A stretch of DNA of 64,000 nucleotides from a virus: IMG/VR virus record IMGVR_UViG_3300047409_000248, positions 10,180-74,179 of that record; one strand, given 5' to 3'. Below, piece after piece: positions 53,650 through 63,739 of the stretch. Position 1 is the stretch's first letter; every line of letters begins with the position of its first letter. The position numbers and the translations under genes were made by a program. The notes below the pieces were generated by a model that saw only the letters and a program-made list of their open reading frames with translations, ran no database searches and was not told the origin of the DNA.

Positions 53650-56283
53650 ATGGCAGGCTTCCTCCTATTAGGTTCCGCAGCAGGATCAGGCGCATCTGGC
53701 GCCATCTCGCAACAAAATCTTCCTATCGGCGGCATCGGTCTGACGCGCGGTATGACGATGGCGGCAGATGGCACGCTACTGACGTGGAACGATAGCACCG
53801 GACCATATAAGAACACCACGGCGCTAATTCCCGGGAGCAATAGCGCACCCTTTACAGCTTGGACGCAAATCATCCGTGGCGGCACTGTCGGTGGCGCTGG
53901 AGGTACAAATTTTCCATCAAGTTGGTTGCAGGCGCCCACAGGCTATCTTGGGCAGGGCTGCGTAGAGATCGCGACGGTCTACGGCAATTCCAATTTCATG
54001 ATGGCGATGATCAACGGAGTGGCTGGTCACCCGACCACGAACCTGTTCAAGTCGACCGATGGTGGCGTGACGTGGACGCTGACGAACTTCCCGACCAATT
54101 CGCGCAACGCCAATGATTTCACCTTTCCGGGCCACTACGCGCAGAGCATCTGCATCGACCCTAACAACAACAATATTGCGTGGGTGACAGGCGACACGAA
54201 CACTCAGGTGACGCTGGATGGCGGTACGACGTGGAACACTTGCGCAAGCCTGCCTGCGGCGCAGTGCTATGCGATGGCTTATGATCCAACAACGCCCAAT
54301 CGTCTTGTCGTGGGATCGGTCGGCAATGGGCTCTACGTCTCGACAAACGCCAACCTCGGCACGTCAGCTACATTCACGCACATTGCTAGCTCTACCGCCA
54401 ACCCCGGCGAGGGGCGCTTCGGATCGGACGGCACCTATTTCTGCACCAATGGCTCGACGACGAATGGTGTCTGGCGGCTTACTTCGGCGAATGTATTTTC
54501 GCAAATCCTCTCCGGTATCGGGACCGATGCCAATACTGTAGCGGTTGATCCAAACAATCCGGCGAGGGTGTTTACTTGGATAAGCGGAGGCTCGCCGTTC
54601 GGCGACGGCCCGCTGGTCATGAACACAACTGCGGCTAACTCGGGGTCTCCTTCGTGGGTTGGCCAGTCAGTCAAGGCGATGTCTGCCACGCCTGACGCTA
54701 CGCACGTCGCCAACTCATTCAACAACGTCAACGGTACTGGCGGTTTTGGCAATACTTTTTTGTCATGCACTACAGGCTTATGGTTCGATCCGTGGACGAC
54801 AACATCTGCGACAAGCATCAATTTGAGTGGCTTGGCGGCTGGTGGCGCTACCGGCTCTATTGTAGTTACCGCATCCATTCCAAACATCACAACTGGTCGC
54901 CAGCTTCGTTGCACCAATACTGGCACGCCGGGAAATTACTTCATCTTCAATGTCACGTCATACAGTGGAACGTCTCTGCAAGGAACGATCATCAGCACAG
55001 CACAGGGCGGCTATCTTGGCGGCCCGATAGGTGGCAGCGGCACCTTCAGCGCTTGGACGATCAGCGCCGAGCGCGTCTACATGAGCAGTGGTCCCGGTGG
55101 CGGCCCCACCTATGTCGACGGTTTTGTTTCCGGCACGCAAAGTGTTGGCTCATGCACCTTCGGTCTTGAAGGTGCATCGGTATATGACGCAGTGTGGCCG
55201 GTGGGTGGCAATCCAATATTGGCCTGTCAAGACCGTGGTATATTCCCAGTCCAGTTAAATCCGTGGAATTCCGGAGCCGGTGTTATAAGCCAGTGGGGTT
55301 TCGGTGCGTACAATGGACTTTTTCAAGCCACCACCATCGCTGTCAGCCCGAGCGATCCGCTGTTTTGGATTTCTGGAGGGTTCTCCGGGTTCTTAAAGAA
55401 CTCAAATACCCCAGCCACCCACGCATGGACTTCAACGACCCAACCCGCTGGCAATACTGGCGTGGTAGCGTGCGGCAATTCCAATGTATTCATCAGCACT
55501 GGAACCTCTGCATCTTCCACGCAATCCATGTACTACTCGCAGAACGGCGGTACTTCGTGGACCATTATGCCAGCGCCAGCGCCAACCTCCGGTTGGACTT
55601 GGCAAGACCCATTCATCACGTCGCATTCACTTGATCTGGATACGACTACGACTGGGCCGTTTGTCTTCTACGCATGGAATGCGGGAGATGGCTTCGTCTA
55701 TCAGATTTCGCTTCCTACTGCTGGCAGTCCAACCGTCACTCAGAAGGCACAGTTAACTAATGGCACTACCAAAATCCCCGGTCCCGGTCTTACATTTAAA
55801 TGTGTCCGGGGAAACGCTGGCCATCTATTCTGGAGCGCTGGAGAGGTCGATAGTTCGACCACCGTTGCTCAGATTTTTGCAAATCACCCAAACGGCGGCA
55901 CGACAGCCGGTAACTTTACCCGGCTTCAGTTCTCGTCAAATAGTGGGGGGACGTTTACTACCCTATCCACAACGCAAGAGGTAATCACTTTTGGTCTTGG
56001 TGCTCCATCCACAGATGCGGGAACAAGCGGATATCCGACAATATTTGCTGTTGGCTGGTGCGGTGGTGGACAATATGGCCTTTATCGCTGCATTAATTTT
56101 AATCCAGCCAGCCTTGGCTCTGAGACTTGGACGCTACTCAGCAATTATATTGGAACTTACGGTATCGGCTTGCCGGTTTGTGTCGCTGGCGATCCAAATC
56201 AAGAGGGCCGTTGCATTGTTGGGACGAACGGAAATGGCGCTGCCATCTTCCAGCAATCAGGGAAAACCAATAGCTGGTTCTAA
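53650..56283 (+). CDS. BNR/Asp-box beta-propeller protein (GH74/sialidase-like fold), putative receptor-binding protein or depolymerase
   Basis: Asp boxes KSTDGGVTW, VTLDGGTTW, YSQNGGTSW, FSSNSGGTF; IDPNN, VDPNNP, GDPNQ.GR..VGTNG.G. Confidence 0.75.
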   Translation: MAGFLLLGSAAGSGASGAISQQNLPIGGIGLTRGMTMAADGTLLTWNDSTGPYKNTTALIPGSNSAPFTAWTQIIRGGTVGGAGGTNFPSSWLQAPTGYLGQGCVEIATVYGNSNFMMAMINGVAGHPTTNLFKSTDGGVTWTLTNFPTNSRNANDFTFPGHYAQSICIDPNNNNIAWVTGDTNTQVTLDGGTTWNTCASLPAAQCYAMAYDPTTPNRLVVGSVGNGLYVSTNANLGTSATFTHIASSTANPGEGRFGSDGTYFCTNGSTTNGVWRLTSANVFSQILSGIGTDANTVAVDPNNPARVFTWISGGSPFGDGPLVMNTTAANSGSPSWVGQSVKAMSATPDATHVANSFNNVNGTGGFGNTFLSCTTGLWFDPWTTTSATSINLSGLAAGGATGSIVVTASIPNITTGRQLRCTNTGTPGNYFIFNVTSYSGTSLQGTIISTAQGGYLGGPIGGSGTFSAWTISAERVYMSSGPGGGPTYVDGFVSGTQSVGSCTFGLEGASVYDAVWPVGGNPILACQDRGIFPVQLNPWNSGAGVISQWGFGAYNGLFQATTIAVSPSDPLFWISGGFSGFLKNSNTPATHAWTSTTQPAGNTGVVACGNSNVFISTGTSASSTQSMYYSQNGGTSWTIMPAPAPTSGWTWQDPFITSHSLDLDTTTTGPFVFYAWNAGDGFVYQISLPTAGSPTVTQKAQLTNGTTKIPGPGLTFKCVRGNAGHLFWSAGEVDSSTTVAQIFANHPNGGTTAGNFTRLQFSSNSGGTFTTLSTTQEVITFGLGAPSTDAGTSGYPTIFAVGWCGGGQYGLYRCINFNPASLGSETWTLLSNYIGTYGIGLPVCVAGDPNQEGRCIVGTNGNGAAIFQQSGKTNSWF

Positions 56284-56347
56284 AACCCATATTGTAATTT
56301 GCATAAAGGCTGATAGAGTCCCGCTATCTTAAACGGGGAGGAAACCC

Positions 56348-57196
56348 TTGGACCAGCAAGTAAAACTCACGCCTCGCAATACCGATCTCATGAAGGAAAA
56401 GGCTGCAATCAGCCCGAAACCAATCCTGTCTATACCCCCCTCCCCCACCATTATAGAGCCGGAACCCAAAGTGGGTGAAGAAGCTCCCAAGGCTCCCGAA
56501 ATCGCCCCGGCGCCATTGAAAGTAGCTATTCTGGGTACGGCGCCGTCTTCCCGGGATAAAGCTCCATATAATGATCCGTCTTGGCAGATTTGGTCCTGCT
56601 CTCCCGGTAATATGGGAGTGCCACGCGTGGATGTATGGTTTGAAATCCATAACAACCTGCTGCTGCCAGAGAATATATCCTATGGCGGCCCTTATATTGA
56701 ATGGCTAAAGCAGCAGAAATTCCCGATTTATATGCAGGATAACTCGCTGGTCCCGAATGCCATTGCGTTGCCTAAGGATGAGCTTGTCGGGATGTTCGGC
56801 AAGTATTTCTTCACGTCCAGCTTCGCTTGGATGATGGCTATGGCCATGAAGATGGGCGCCAGCGAGATCGCCCTGTTTGGCGTCGATATGGCCTCCAAGA
56901 ACGAATACATCTTGCAGCGCCCGGGTGGTCATTATTTCATGCAACTGGCGGCTACCAGAGGTATCCGGGTTACGGTACCTTTTGAGAGCGACCTAGCCCA
57001 GCATCCCGGCTTATATGGTTATGACCAAAATACCCCATTCGGCAGGAAGATGCTGGTTCGGGAGCAGGAAATCCAAGCTCGCGTAGCTGCCATGAAGGGA
57101 GATCGGGATAAGCTCAACCAAAGCATCACCTATCTGGAGGGAGCCTTGGAAGACCTTGATTATGTGAAGTCAATTTGGGGTGGCTTACAGACTTAG
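56348..57196 (+). CDS. Putative nonulosonic acid (sialyl/pseudaminyl) transferase, Cst-II (GT42)/Maf-like fold
   Basis: KVAILGTAPS and FTSSFAWMMAMAMKMGASEIALFGVDM parallel the Cst-II motifs KVIIAGNGPS and TSG.YM..VA.ALGYKEIYLSGIDF. Confidence 0.6.
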   Translation: MDQQVKLTPRNTDLMKEKAAISPKPILSIPPSPTIIEPEPKVGEEAPKAPEIAPAPLKVAILGTAPSSRDKAPYNDPSWQIWSCSPGNMGVPRVDVWFEIHNNLLLPENISYGGPYIEWLKQQKFPIYMQDNSLVPNAIALPKDELVGMFGKYFFTSSFAWMMAMAMKMGASEIALFGVDMASKNEYILQRPGGHYFMQLAATRGIRVTVPFESDLAQHPGLYGYDQNTPFGRKMLVREQEIQARVAAMKGDRDKLNQSITYLEGALEDLDYVKSIWGGLQT

Positions 57197-57247
57197 TTCT
57201 GTTATGGTCTGACCGGGGAACAGAGGGAGGCAATAGAGGGTTTTCTA

Positions 57248-57946
57248 TTGCCTACTTATAGCGGAACCACCGACTTTGCATTGAGCAATGGCGATGCGAT
57301 TATCGCCGCTTATGCTCGTTTGCAAATACCCCGCACTGCCCTCTTGTCTGAACATTATGCCGATGCGATCAAGGAGGCCAATTTCCTCCTGTCCGAGATC
57401 GCCAACAAGCAACCCAATCTGTGGACCTCTGAACAGACCATCGTGCCTCTAGTCCCGGGTACGGCTACCTATACCCTTTCTGCCAGCAATATCATGATCC
57501 TGTCGGCTTTTATCCGGACCACCAGCGGTACGGATACCAATGACCGCATCATCAGCCCGATCAGCACCACGGAATATGCCTCCTATACCAATAAGGCCGC
57601 TCAGGGTTTCCCCACGGTTTATTGGTTTGACCGGCAGATTATCCCGCAATTAACCCTCTGGTATGTCCCTGACAGCACCCAGACGTACAATCTGTATTTG
57701 CAGATCGTTAATCAAATTCAGGATGCCCAGCTTGCAAACGGGCAAAATCCGCAAATCCCCTATCGGTTCTATGACCTGTTTGTTGCTGGTTTGTCCTACA
57801 GGCTTTCCAAGATTTATAAGCCCGAACTCGAACAGCTTCGTAAGGGCGATTATATGGAAGCTTGGCAGGTAGCTGCCACGCAAGACGTGGAAAATGTTGA
57901 ACTTTATATCAGGCCATCCCTTAATGGTTATTATGGGAGCTACTGA
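57248..57946 (+). CDS. Head-to-tail adaptor (tail tubular protein A-like)
   Basis: SGT..F...N.LLS..AN...NLW...EY....NK..QG.PT..WFDR...P.RF. Confidence 0.8.
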   Translation: MPTYSGTTDFALSNGDAIIAAYARLQIPRTALLSEHYADAIKEANFLLSEIANKQPNLWTSEQTIVPLVPGTATYTLSASNIMILSAFIRTTSGTDTNDRIISPISTTEYASYTNKAAQGFPTVYWFDRQIIPQLTLWYVPDSTQTYNLYLQIVNQIQDAQLANGQNPQIPYRFYDLFVAGLSYRLSKIYKPELEQLRKGDYMEAWQVAATQDVENVELYIRPSLNGYYGSY

Positions 57947-58323
57947 TGGGATTTAATGGCCGAGCCAGAATAAGTGCAACGCAACCCCGGGCCAAGGGCA
58001 TCTGCGACCGTTGCGGCCTCATGTATTCGCTGTCTGATCTTCAGTACCAATTCCAGTGGGCTGGCACGGGTCTGGTTAATCTCCAGTTGCGGGTGTGCAG
58101 AGGATGCATGGACATCCCGCAAATTCAATTCAAGAGTTTTGTCCTGCCGCCCGATCCGCTGCCGGTAGATAACCCGCGCATTGAGTATTACGGCATTGAA
58201 GTAACAAGCTTCCTCATGAGTGAGGAGGGACCAAGTTTGTTAATGGAAAGTGGTTCAGCCCTTTTGTGGGAGATCAATGACACACCCAATAATGACCCCA
58301 ACTTACCAGTGTTGATACCCTAA
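57946..58323 (+). CDS. Conserved Zn-finger virion-module protein
   Basis: A.GICDRCG...L..Q..W...LRVC..C.D.PQ. Confidence 0.75.
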   Translation: MGFNGRARISATQPRAKGICDRCGLMYSLSDLQYQFQWAGTGLVNLQLRVCRGCMDIPQIQFKSFVLPPDPLPVDNPRIEYYGIEVTSFLMSEEGPSLLMESGSALLWEINDTPNNDPNLPVLIP

Positions 58324-60777
58324 ATGCCTATATCAACCAGCGCCTTACCCGGGACCACCATTCTTAACCTGCCGATTACCGTCTCTTTGGATGGTACCGA
58401 ATACATTCCTATTGTGCAGGGCGGCACGACCAAGCGCACCCAGACAGGCTCTGTCAGCAATATCCTGAGTAATCTCCCTCTGGTTTTGACAACCAGCGCC
58501 CCTGTTGGCTATTCCAACTCACGTAAGCTTGCTGGCCAGACCGGCGTGGTATCCATCACGGATGGAGGCGCCAGCAGCAATGTTACGGTCGGATTGCTCT
58601 CCAGTGGGCTGTCCGTGCTTGGCAATACCAGCACCACGGCTGGATCGGCAGCGGGCGCTATCACTGGCACCACAGATCAGGTTTTGCGGGTTAGCAGTGC
58701 TGGTACGGCTCTTGGATTTGGCCAAGTTAATATGGCCTCATCCAATGCTGTATCCAATGTTCTTGGTACAAATTTCGGTGGTACGGGTAGTTCTGCCTTT
58801 ACGCCCTATCAGTTGATCATTGGTGGATCGATCAGTTCAGCGCCATTCCAATCGGTCACGGCGGGCACTTCTGGATTTACACTGATCTATACTTCCTCAA
58901 TAGCAGCGCCAACTTGGCAGTCCGCTCCCGGCTTTGTGCAGGCTGTGGCTGGAAATATAGCGATCTACACTTCCACCAATTCGGTTGGCGGTAGCGCCTA
59001 TATCAACGGCAGTTCTGGTTCCCTCACTCTAGGTCTGGCGTCATCTGCTACTGGAAAGCTTCTTCTGGCTTCCAGCGCTGGCGGCACCACAACCATACAG
59101 CCGACTTCAGCTACGGTTACGATTACGGCTCCGTCTGCCACCACTACGCTGGTTGGTCAGGATACCGTCGATACCCTTACTGGTAAGACGTTTAATACGG
59201 CTGGCAGCAGCAACCATCTGCTGATCAATGGCACGTCCATTACTGCCATTACTGGTTCTGGCAATACGGTTGTCCTGAACTCCACGCCAACGATCTCATC
59301 GGCGGCTATTTCTGGTGGCCAAGTAAACGCATTGTCTTCCTTCGGACTGAGGACAACTGGCGCTGCGTTTGACTTGGTTATTGGTTCTACTGAGACACTT
59401 ACTGCATCCAGAAACCTGAACATCCGCGTAGGCGATGCTAACAGGAATTTGGTTCTGAGTGGAGACTTCACCGTAGCCTCCTCGTTCCCGATTGCTATTA
59501 CTTCAACCGCCGCATCCAGTCTTTCCGTTCCTGTCACTGGCACATTGGCTACGCTGGCTGGCGCCGAGACTTTTACCAACAAAATATACGATACCAACCT
59601 CAATACATTCAAGATTGCTGGCACCCCTGTAGTCACGATGTCCAATATGCTGGACATCATCGGCTCTTCGCAGGGAGCGATAATTTATCGAAGCTCCACC
59701 GCTTGGACAGCGCTAACGGCTGGCACCAGCGCACAGACTTTGATTGGTGGCTCCGCTCCACAATGGGGGAGCATCGCTGGCTCTGGTACCGTTACGAATA
59801 TTTCGTTTGGCAGCGTGCTGTTTTCTACTAACGGCACGTCCATTACTTCTTCTGGTACCATTTCGGTTAATGCTACGCTTAATCCTACTGGTAGGCTCAC
59901 TTTCTCTACTGGCAATCCCGTGATGACGGCGACTGTCACTGCCTCTAGTATCGTGTTCTATACTCCATATGTCGGCAATCTGGTCCCGGTTTATAACGGC
60001 ACGCAATTCATTCCAACCGCCTTTACCGAACTTTCTCAGAACTCGACTGATATAGTCAAGTCACCATCAGCCGCCGCTGCTAATACTGTATATGACGTAT
60101 TCGTGTGGAATGATGCCGGTACATTACGATGCACCAGAGGCTCTAGTTGGGCTACGTCCACTACACGTGCTTCTTCTGGAGCACTCAGTCGCATCAATGG
60201 TGTTCTGACCAACACCAGCGCCATCACTAACGGTCCCGGCGCTGGACTTGGTACATATGTTGGTACCATAGCAACCAGCACTGGCGCTGCGACATTTGAC
60301 TGGATATTGGGTGCGGCGGCCTCAGGAGGCACAGCAGCCTCGCTCCAATGCTGGAATATGTACAATCGGGTTGATATTACAACTCAGGTGACGGATAGCG
60401 GGGTCCCGTATACATATACCAGCGCAACAACCCGTCAGGCGCGAGCTAGCGCAGGAAATCAAGTTTCATTCGTGATCGGTCAATCCGAGGATGGAATGGA
60501 AGCGTCCTATGGCGTTAGAGGCACCCTCTTAAATGCCGCGTCTGCCTTGGCTGTATGGTCAATAGGTCTTGATAGTATCGTGGCTGCTACAGCCTCCCCC
60601 GGCATTATGAATAATGTTGCAGCGGTTTCGCTATCTTATGGATTTAATAATAATGTGTATGTCAGGGTTGGTATTGGCAGTCATTTTATAGCTGCATTAG
60701 AGGCTAGCGATGGAACAAACGCTAATACATTTAACAGCGGGTCTACAAATATACTCATGTTCAAGATGAGAATGTAA
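58324..60777 (+). CDS. Ser/Thr-rich tail fibre protein
   Basis: ILNLP....L.G.E.IPIVQGG.T N-terminus; GGTG repeats; QTLTNK-like units; C-terminal P.GRLT...G.PV domain. Confidence 0.82.
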   Translation: MPISTSALPGTTILNLPITVSLDGTEYIPIVQGGTTKRTQTGSVSNILSNLPLVLTTSAPVGYSNSRKLAGQTGVVSITDGGASSNVTVGLLSSGLSVLGNTSTTAGSAAGAITGTTDQVLRVSSAGTALGFGQVNMASSNAVSNVLGTNFGGTGSSAFTPYQLIIGGSISSAPFQSVTAGTSGFTLIYTSSIAAPTWQSAPGFVQAVAGNIAIYTSTNSVGGSAYINGSSGSLTLGLASSATGKLLLASSAGGTTTIQPTSATVTITAPSATTTLVGQDTVDTLTGKTFNTAGSSNHLLINGTSITAITGSGNTVVLNSTPTISSAAISGGQVNALSSFGLRTTGAAFDLVIGSTETLTASRNLNIRVGDANRNLVLSGDFTVASSFPIAITSTAASSLSVPVTGTLATLAGAETFTNKIYDTNLNTFKIAGTPVVTMSNMLDIIGSSQGAIIYRSSTAWTALTAGTSAQTLIGGSAPQWGSIAGSGTVTNISFGSVLFSTNGTSITSSGTISVNATLNPTGRLTFSTGNPVMTATVTASSIVFYTPYVGNLVPVYNGTQFIPTAFTELSQNSTDIVKSPSAAAANTVYDVFVWNDAGTLRCTRGSSWATSTTRASSGALSRINGVLTNTSAITNGPGAGLGTYVGTIATSTGAATFDWILGAAASGGTAASLQCWNMYNRVDITTQVTDSGVPYTYTSATTRQARASAGNQVSFVIGQSEDGMEASYGVRGTLLNAASALAVWSIGLDSIVAATASPGIMNNVAAVSLSYGFNNNVYVRVGIGSHFIAALEASDGTNANTFNSGSTNILMFKMRM

Positions 60778-61490
60778 TGGCATATACTTACGATAGCTAC
60801 ACTCAGGCGCTCTGCACGTTGATGGTGACTTCGACGGCTGATACCAATTTTGTAACTATCGAACCGTCCATCATCGATTATGCCGAACAGCGCATCTATC
60901 GTGAGCTTGATCTCCAGATCACTCAGGTAACGGTCCCTTCTCAATTGAGCGCCAATAGCCGCGATCTGGCGCTGCCTTCTTCAGCCGGGACGTTCATCGT
61001 TACAGACTACATCAATGTCTACACCCCTGCTGGGGCGACTTCTTCCAATGGAACGCGCAATATGGTGGTGCCAGCTTCGCGCGAGACCATCGATATGCTT
61101 TGGCCTTCCGGGATTGTCGGCAGCACGCTACCGCAGATGTTCGCCATGGTTAACCCAACGGATGCTATCTTCGGTCCAGCACCAGATCAGGCCTATAATA
61201 TCGATGTTGTCGGAACGATCAGGCCAACGCCGCTCTCTTCCAATAACACCACAACCATCCTGACCACTTATCTGCCAGACTTGTTCATGGCGGCATCCAT
61301 GATATTCGCATCAGGATATATGAGAAACTTCGGCTCCCAAGCCGATAACCCGCAGATGTCTCAGTCTTGGGAAGGTCAGTATCAATTACTGAAGGCATCT
61401 GCCGATAGTGAAGCGGCTCGTCAGGTTTATGCTGGCTGGGGCTGGACTGCCCAGAGCGTCAGCCAGACTGCTAATGTAAAGAGAACCTAA
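60777..61490 (+). CDS. Head-tail adaptor/tail tubular protein
   Basis: IIDYAEQRIYRELDL...GPAPD..Y...LS..N.TT.L....PDL...AS. Confidence 0.8.
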   Translation: MAYTYDSYTQALCTLMVTSTADTNFVTIEPSIIDYAEQRIYRELDLQITQVTVPSQLSANSRDLALPSSAGTFIVTDYINVYTPAGATSSNGTRNMVVPASRETIDMLWPSGIVGSTLPQMFAMVNPTDAIFGPAPDQAYNIDVVGTIRPTPLSSNNTTTILTTYLPDLFMAASMIFASGYMRNFGSQADNPQMSQSWEGQYQLLKASADSEAARQVYAGWGWTAQSVSQTANVKRT

Positions 61491-61493
61491 CCC

Positions 61494-63521
61494 ATGCCGA
61501 TGGCATCAGTCAGGCTAAGGCCCGGCGTCAACACCCTGAAGACGCTTTCGGATAACGAGGCTGGCGTTTCTCAGTCCAATCTTGTGCGTTACCAGCAGGG
61601 CATGATCCAGAAGCAGGGTGGCTGGTCGCTCTATTATCCCGTCGCCATCGGTAGCACAGTTAAGGAAGTCTATGCTTGGCAGGGACTGACCGGGAATAAG
61701 AACCTAGCAGTTGGCGCAACTCAATCTCTTAGCGTCATCACCAATGGTTCTAATACTGATATAACACCTCAGTCGGACACGACAAATCCGGTACCTAATT
61801 TCTCTATCTCATCTGGCAGCAATATCGTTACTATTCAGGATGCTGGTTCCAGCGCATCGATCTATACATCTATCTATCTGAACACACCGATATCTCTTGG
61901 TGGACAGTTACTCAATGGTTCCTATCAGGTTAATTCGGTTCTCGCTTCCAGCGCCTATACGATCTTGGCTGCCAATGTCTCTTCTGCGACGGTAGTTTCA
62001 AGCGGCATCCTCCCGATCTTTACAACAATTGCCTTGAGTGCCGTAGTGGACGTTGTATTGCCTAATAATGGTTTTCAGGCTATCCCGGGCGTCTTCCAGC
62101 AATTCATCGCTCCCACCGCTGTTGGTGGAGTTACCATTCAGGGCGCTTATCAGGTCGCCACGATTGTCAACTCCAGCGAGTTCACGATCAATACCCCACT
62201 GCAAGCTACTTCCAATGATACCAAGACCATGAACGGCGGTCTGGCTCAGATACAATATACCTATACACTCGGTCCTCCTGCCTTGTCTGGATTTGGTGTT
62301 GGTGGATTTGGGCTTGGTGGTTTCGGCACAGGTACAGCTACGCCTCCAGTCGCAGGAACTCCGATTACAGCAACAGACTGGACGCTGGCTAACTGGGGCG
62401 AATTGTTGCTAGCTTGCCCGTTTGATGGAGCGATCTATTTCTGGTCGCCGAACGCCGGTTTCCTCAATACTCAGATCATTCCCACCGCCCCGCACTTCAA
62501 TGGCGGCATCTTTGTCTCCATGCCGCAGCAGATACTGGTGGCATGGGCTTCGACGCAGGCCACTGGTGTTCAGGACCCACTACAAGTGCGCTGGTCGGAT
62601 GCACTGGATTACACCAACTGGACGCCGACTTCGCAGAACTCTGCTGGTGATTTCAGAATACCTACGGGCTCACTGATTGTTGGAGGACTTCAATCGGCTC
62701 AACAGGGCATCATCTGGACCGATATCGATGTCTGGGTGATGCAGTACGTTGGCCAGCCATTGGTCTTCAGCTTCAATAGAGTTGGTTCCGGATGCGGTCT
62801 GGTTGGTATGCATGCCGCTGGAGTTCTTGGCGGGAATGTATACTGGATGGGGCAGTCCAATTTCTTCATCCTGAGCAATAGTGGCGTACAGGCTATCCCG
62901 TGCCCGATCTGGAACGCTGCCTTCCAGAACATCGATACCGCAAATCTGAGAAAAGTCCGCTGCGCTCCCAACAGCCTCTATAACGAAATATCTTGGTATA
63001 TCCCGATTACAGGCGGTTCTGGCGAGAACCAGTTGATGATCCGCCTCAATGTGGCTGAAAACGAGTGGGATTATAGCGTTCAAGGGCGCTCAGCATGGAC
63101 TGATGTCACGATTGTTGGAAATCCTATTGGCGCCGATCTTGAGGGCATGATCTTCCAGCATGAGATCGGATATAATGACTCCACGGTAGCCATGGACTCT
63201 TCGTTCCAGACTGGCTACTGGGCCATCAGCGACGGCAACGATCTGGCATTCGTGGATTGGGTGGTCCCGGATATGCAGTTCTCGACCTACAACCAACTGC
63301 AAAGCCTGCCTGCTGATCTGACGTTGACGTTCTTTGCGGTGGATTATCCCGGGGATACGCCCCGCTCCTATGGGCCATATCCCTATAATCAATCCACACA
63401 GTTCATTAATACCCGGCTTCGTGGTAGGCTGATGAGCGTCAAGGTAGAAAGCTCTGATCTGGGAAGCTTCTGGCGCCTTGGCAGGCTCCGATATCGTTAT
63501 GCCGCCGATGGAAGACGCTGA
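61494..63521 (+). CDS. Tail nozzle/stabilisation protein (P22 gp10/T7 tubular B-like)
   Basis: RPGVN...VR.....QK.GGW; W.L.NWGE.L; VRWSD; GSGCGL; WRLG.LR....DGRR. Confidence 0.85.
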   Translation: MPMASVRLRPGVNTLKTLSDNEAGVSQSNLVRYQQGMIQKQGGWSLYYPVAIGSTVKEVYAWQGLTGNKNLAVGATQSLSVITNGSNTDITPQSDTTNPVPNFSISSGSNIVTIQDAGSSASIYTSIYLNTPISLGGQLLNGSYQVNSVLASSAYTILAANVSSATVVSSGILPIFTTIALSAVVDVVLPNNGFQAIPGVFQQFIAPTAVGGVTIQGAYQVATIVNSSEFTINTPLQATSNDTKTMNGGLAQIQYTYTLGPPALSGFGVGGFGLGGFGTGTATPPVAGTPITATDWTLANWGELLLACPFDGAIYFWSPNAGFLNTQIIPTAPHFNGGIFVSMPQQILVAWASTQATGVQDPLQVRWSDALDYTNWTPTSQNSAGDFRIPTGSLIVGGLQSAQQGIIWTDIDVWVMQYVGQPLVFSFNRVGSGCGLVGMHAAGVLGGNVYWMGQSNFFILSNSGVQAIPCPIWNAAFQNIDTANLRKVRCAPNSLYNEISWYIPITGGSGENQLMIRLNVAENEWDYSVQGRSAWTDVTIVGNPIGADLEGMIFQHEIGYNDSTVAMDSSFQTGYWAISDGNDLAFVDWVVPDMQFSTYNQLQSLPADLTLTFFAVDYPGDTPRSYGPYPYNQSTQFINTRLRGRLMSVKVESSDLGSFWRLGRLRYRYAADGRR

Positions 63522-63739
63522 TGGCCAGTCTGGATGATCTACTCTCGGCAATGAAGAACGGCGTTATTGCCATCAATAACCTTAACGCCACGATGGCCCA
63601 GATATTCCCGGGGGCCACTGCTGTATCGACTACAGCGCCATCTTCTGTTGGCGCTATCACGTTTAGTTCTAGTCAGGTTAAGGGATTTATCTCTGTAGTT
63701 ACCTCGTCAGGGGCTACATACAAGATGGCGTTATACTGA
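63521..63739 (+). CDS. Small virion protein
   Basis: MASLDDLLS..KNGVIAINNL; coupled to neighbours. Confidence 0.7.
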   Translation: MASLDDLLSAMKNGVIAINNLNATMAQIFPGATAVSTTAPSSVGAITFSSSQVKGFISVVTSSGATYKMALY

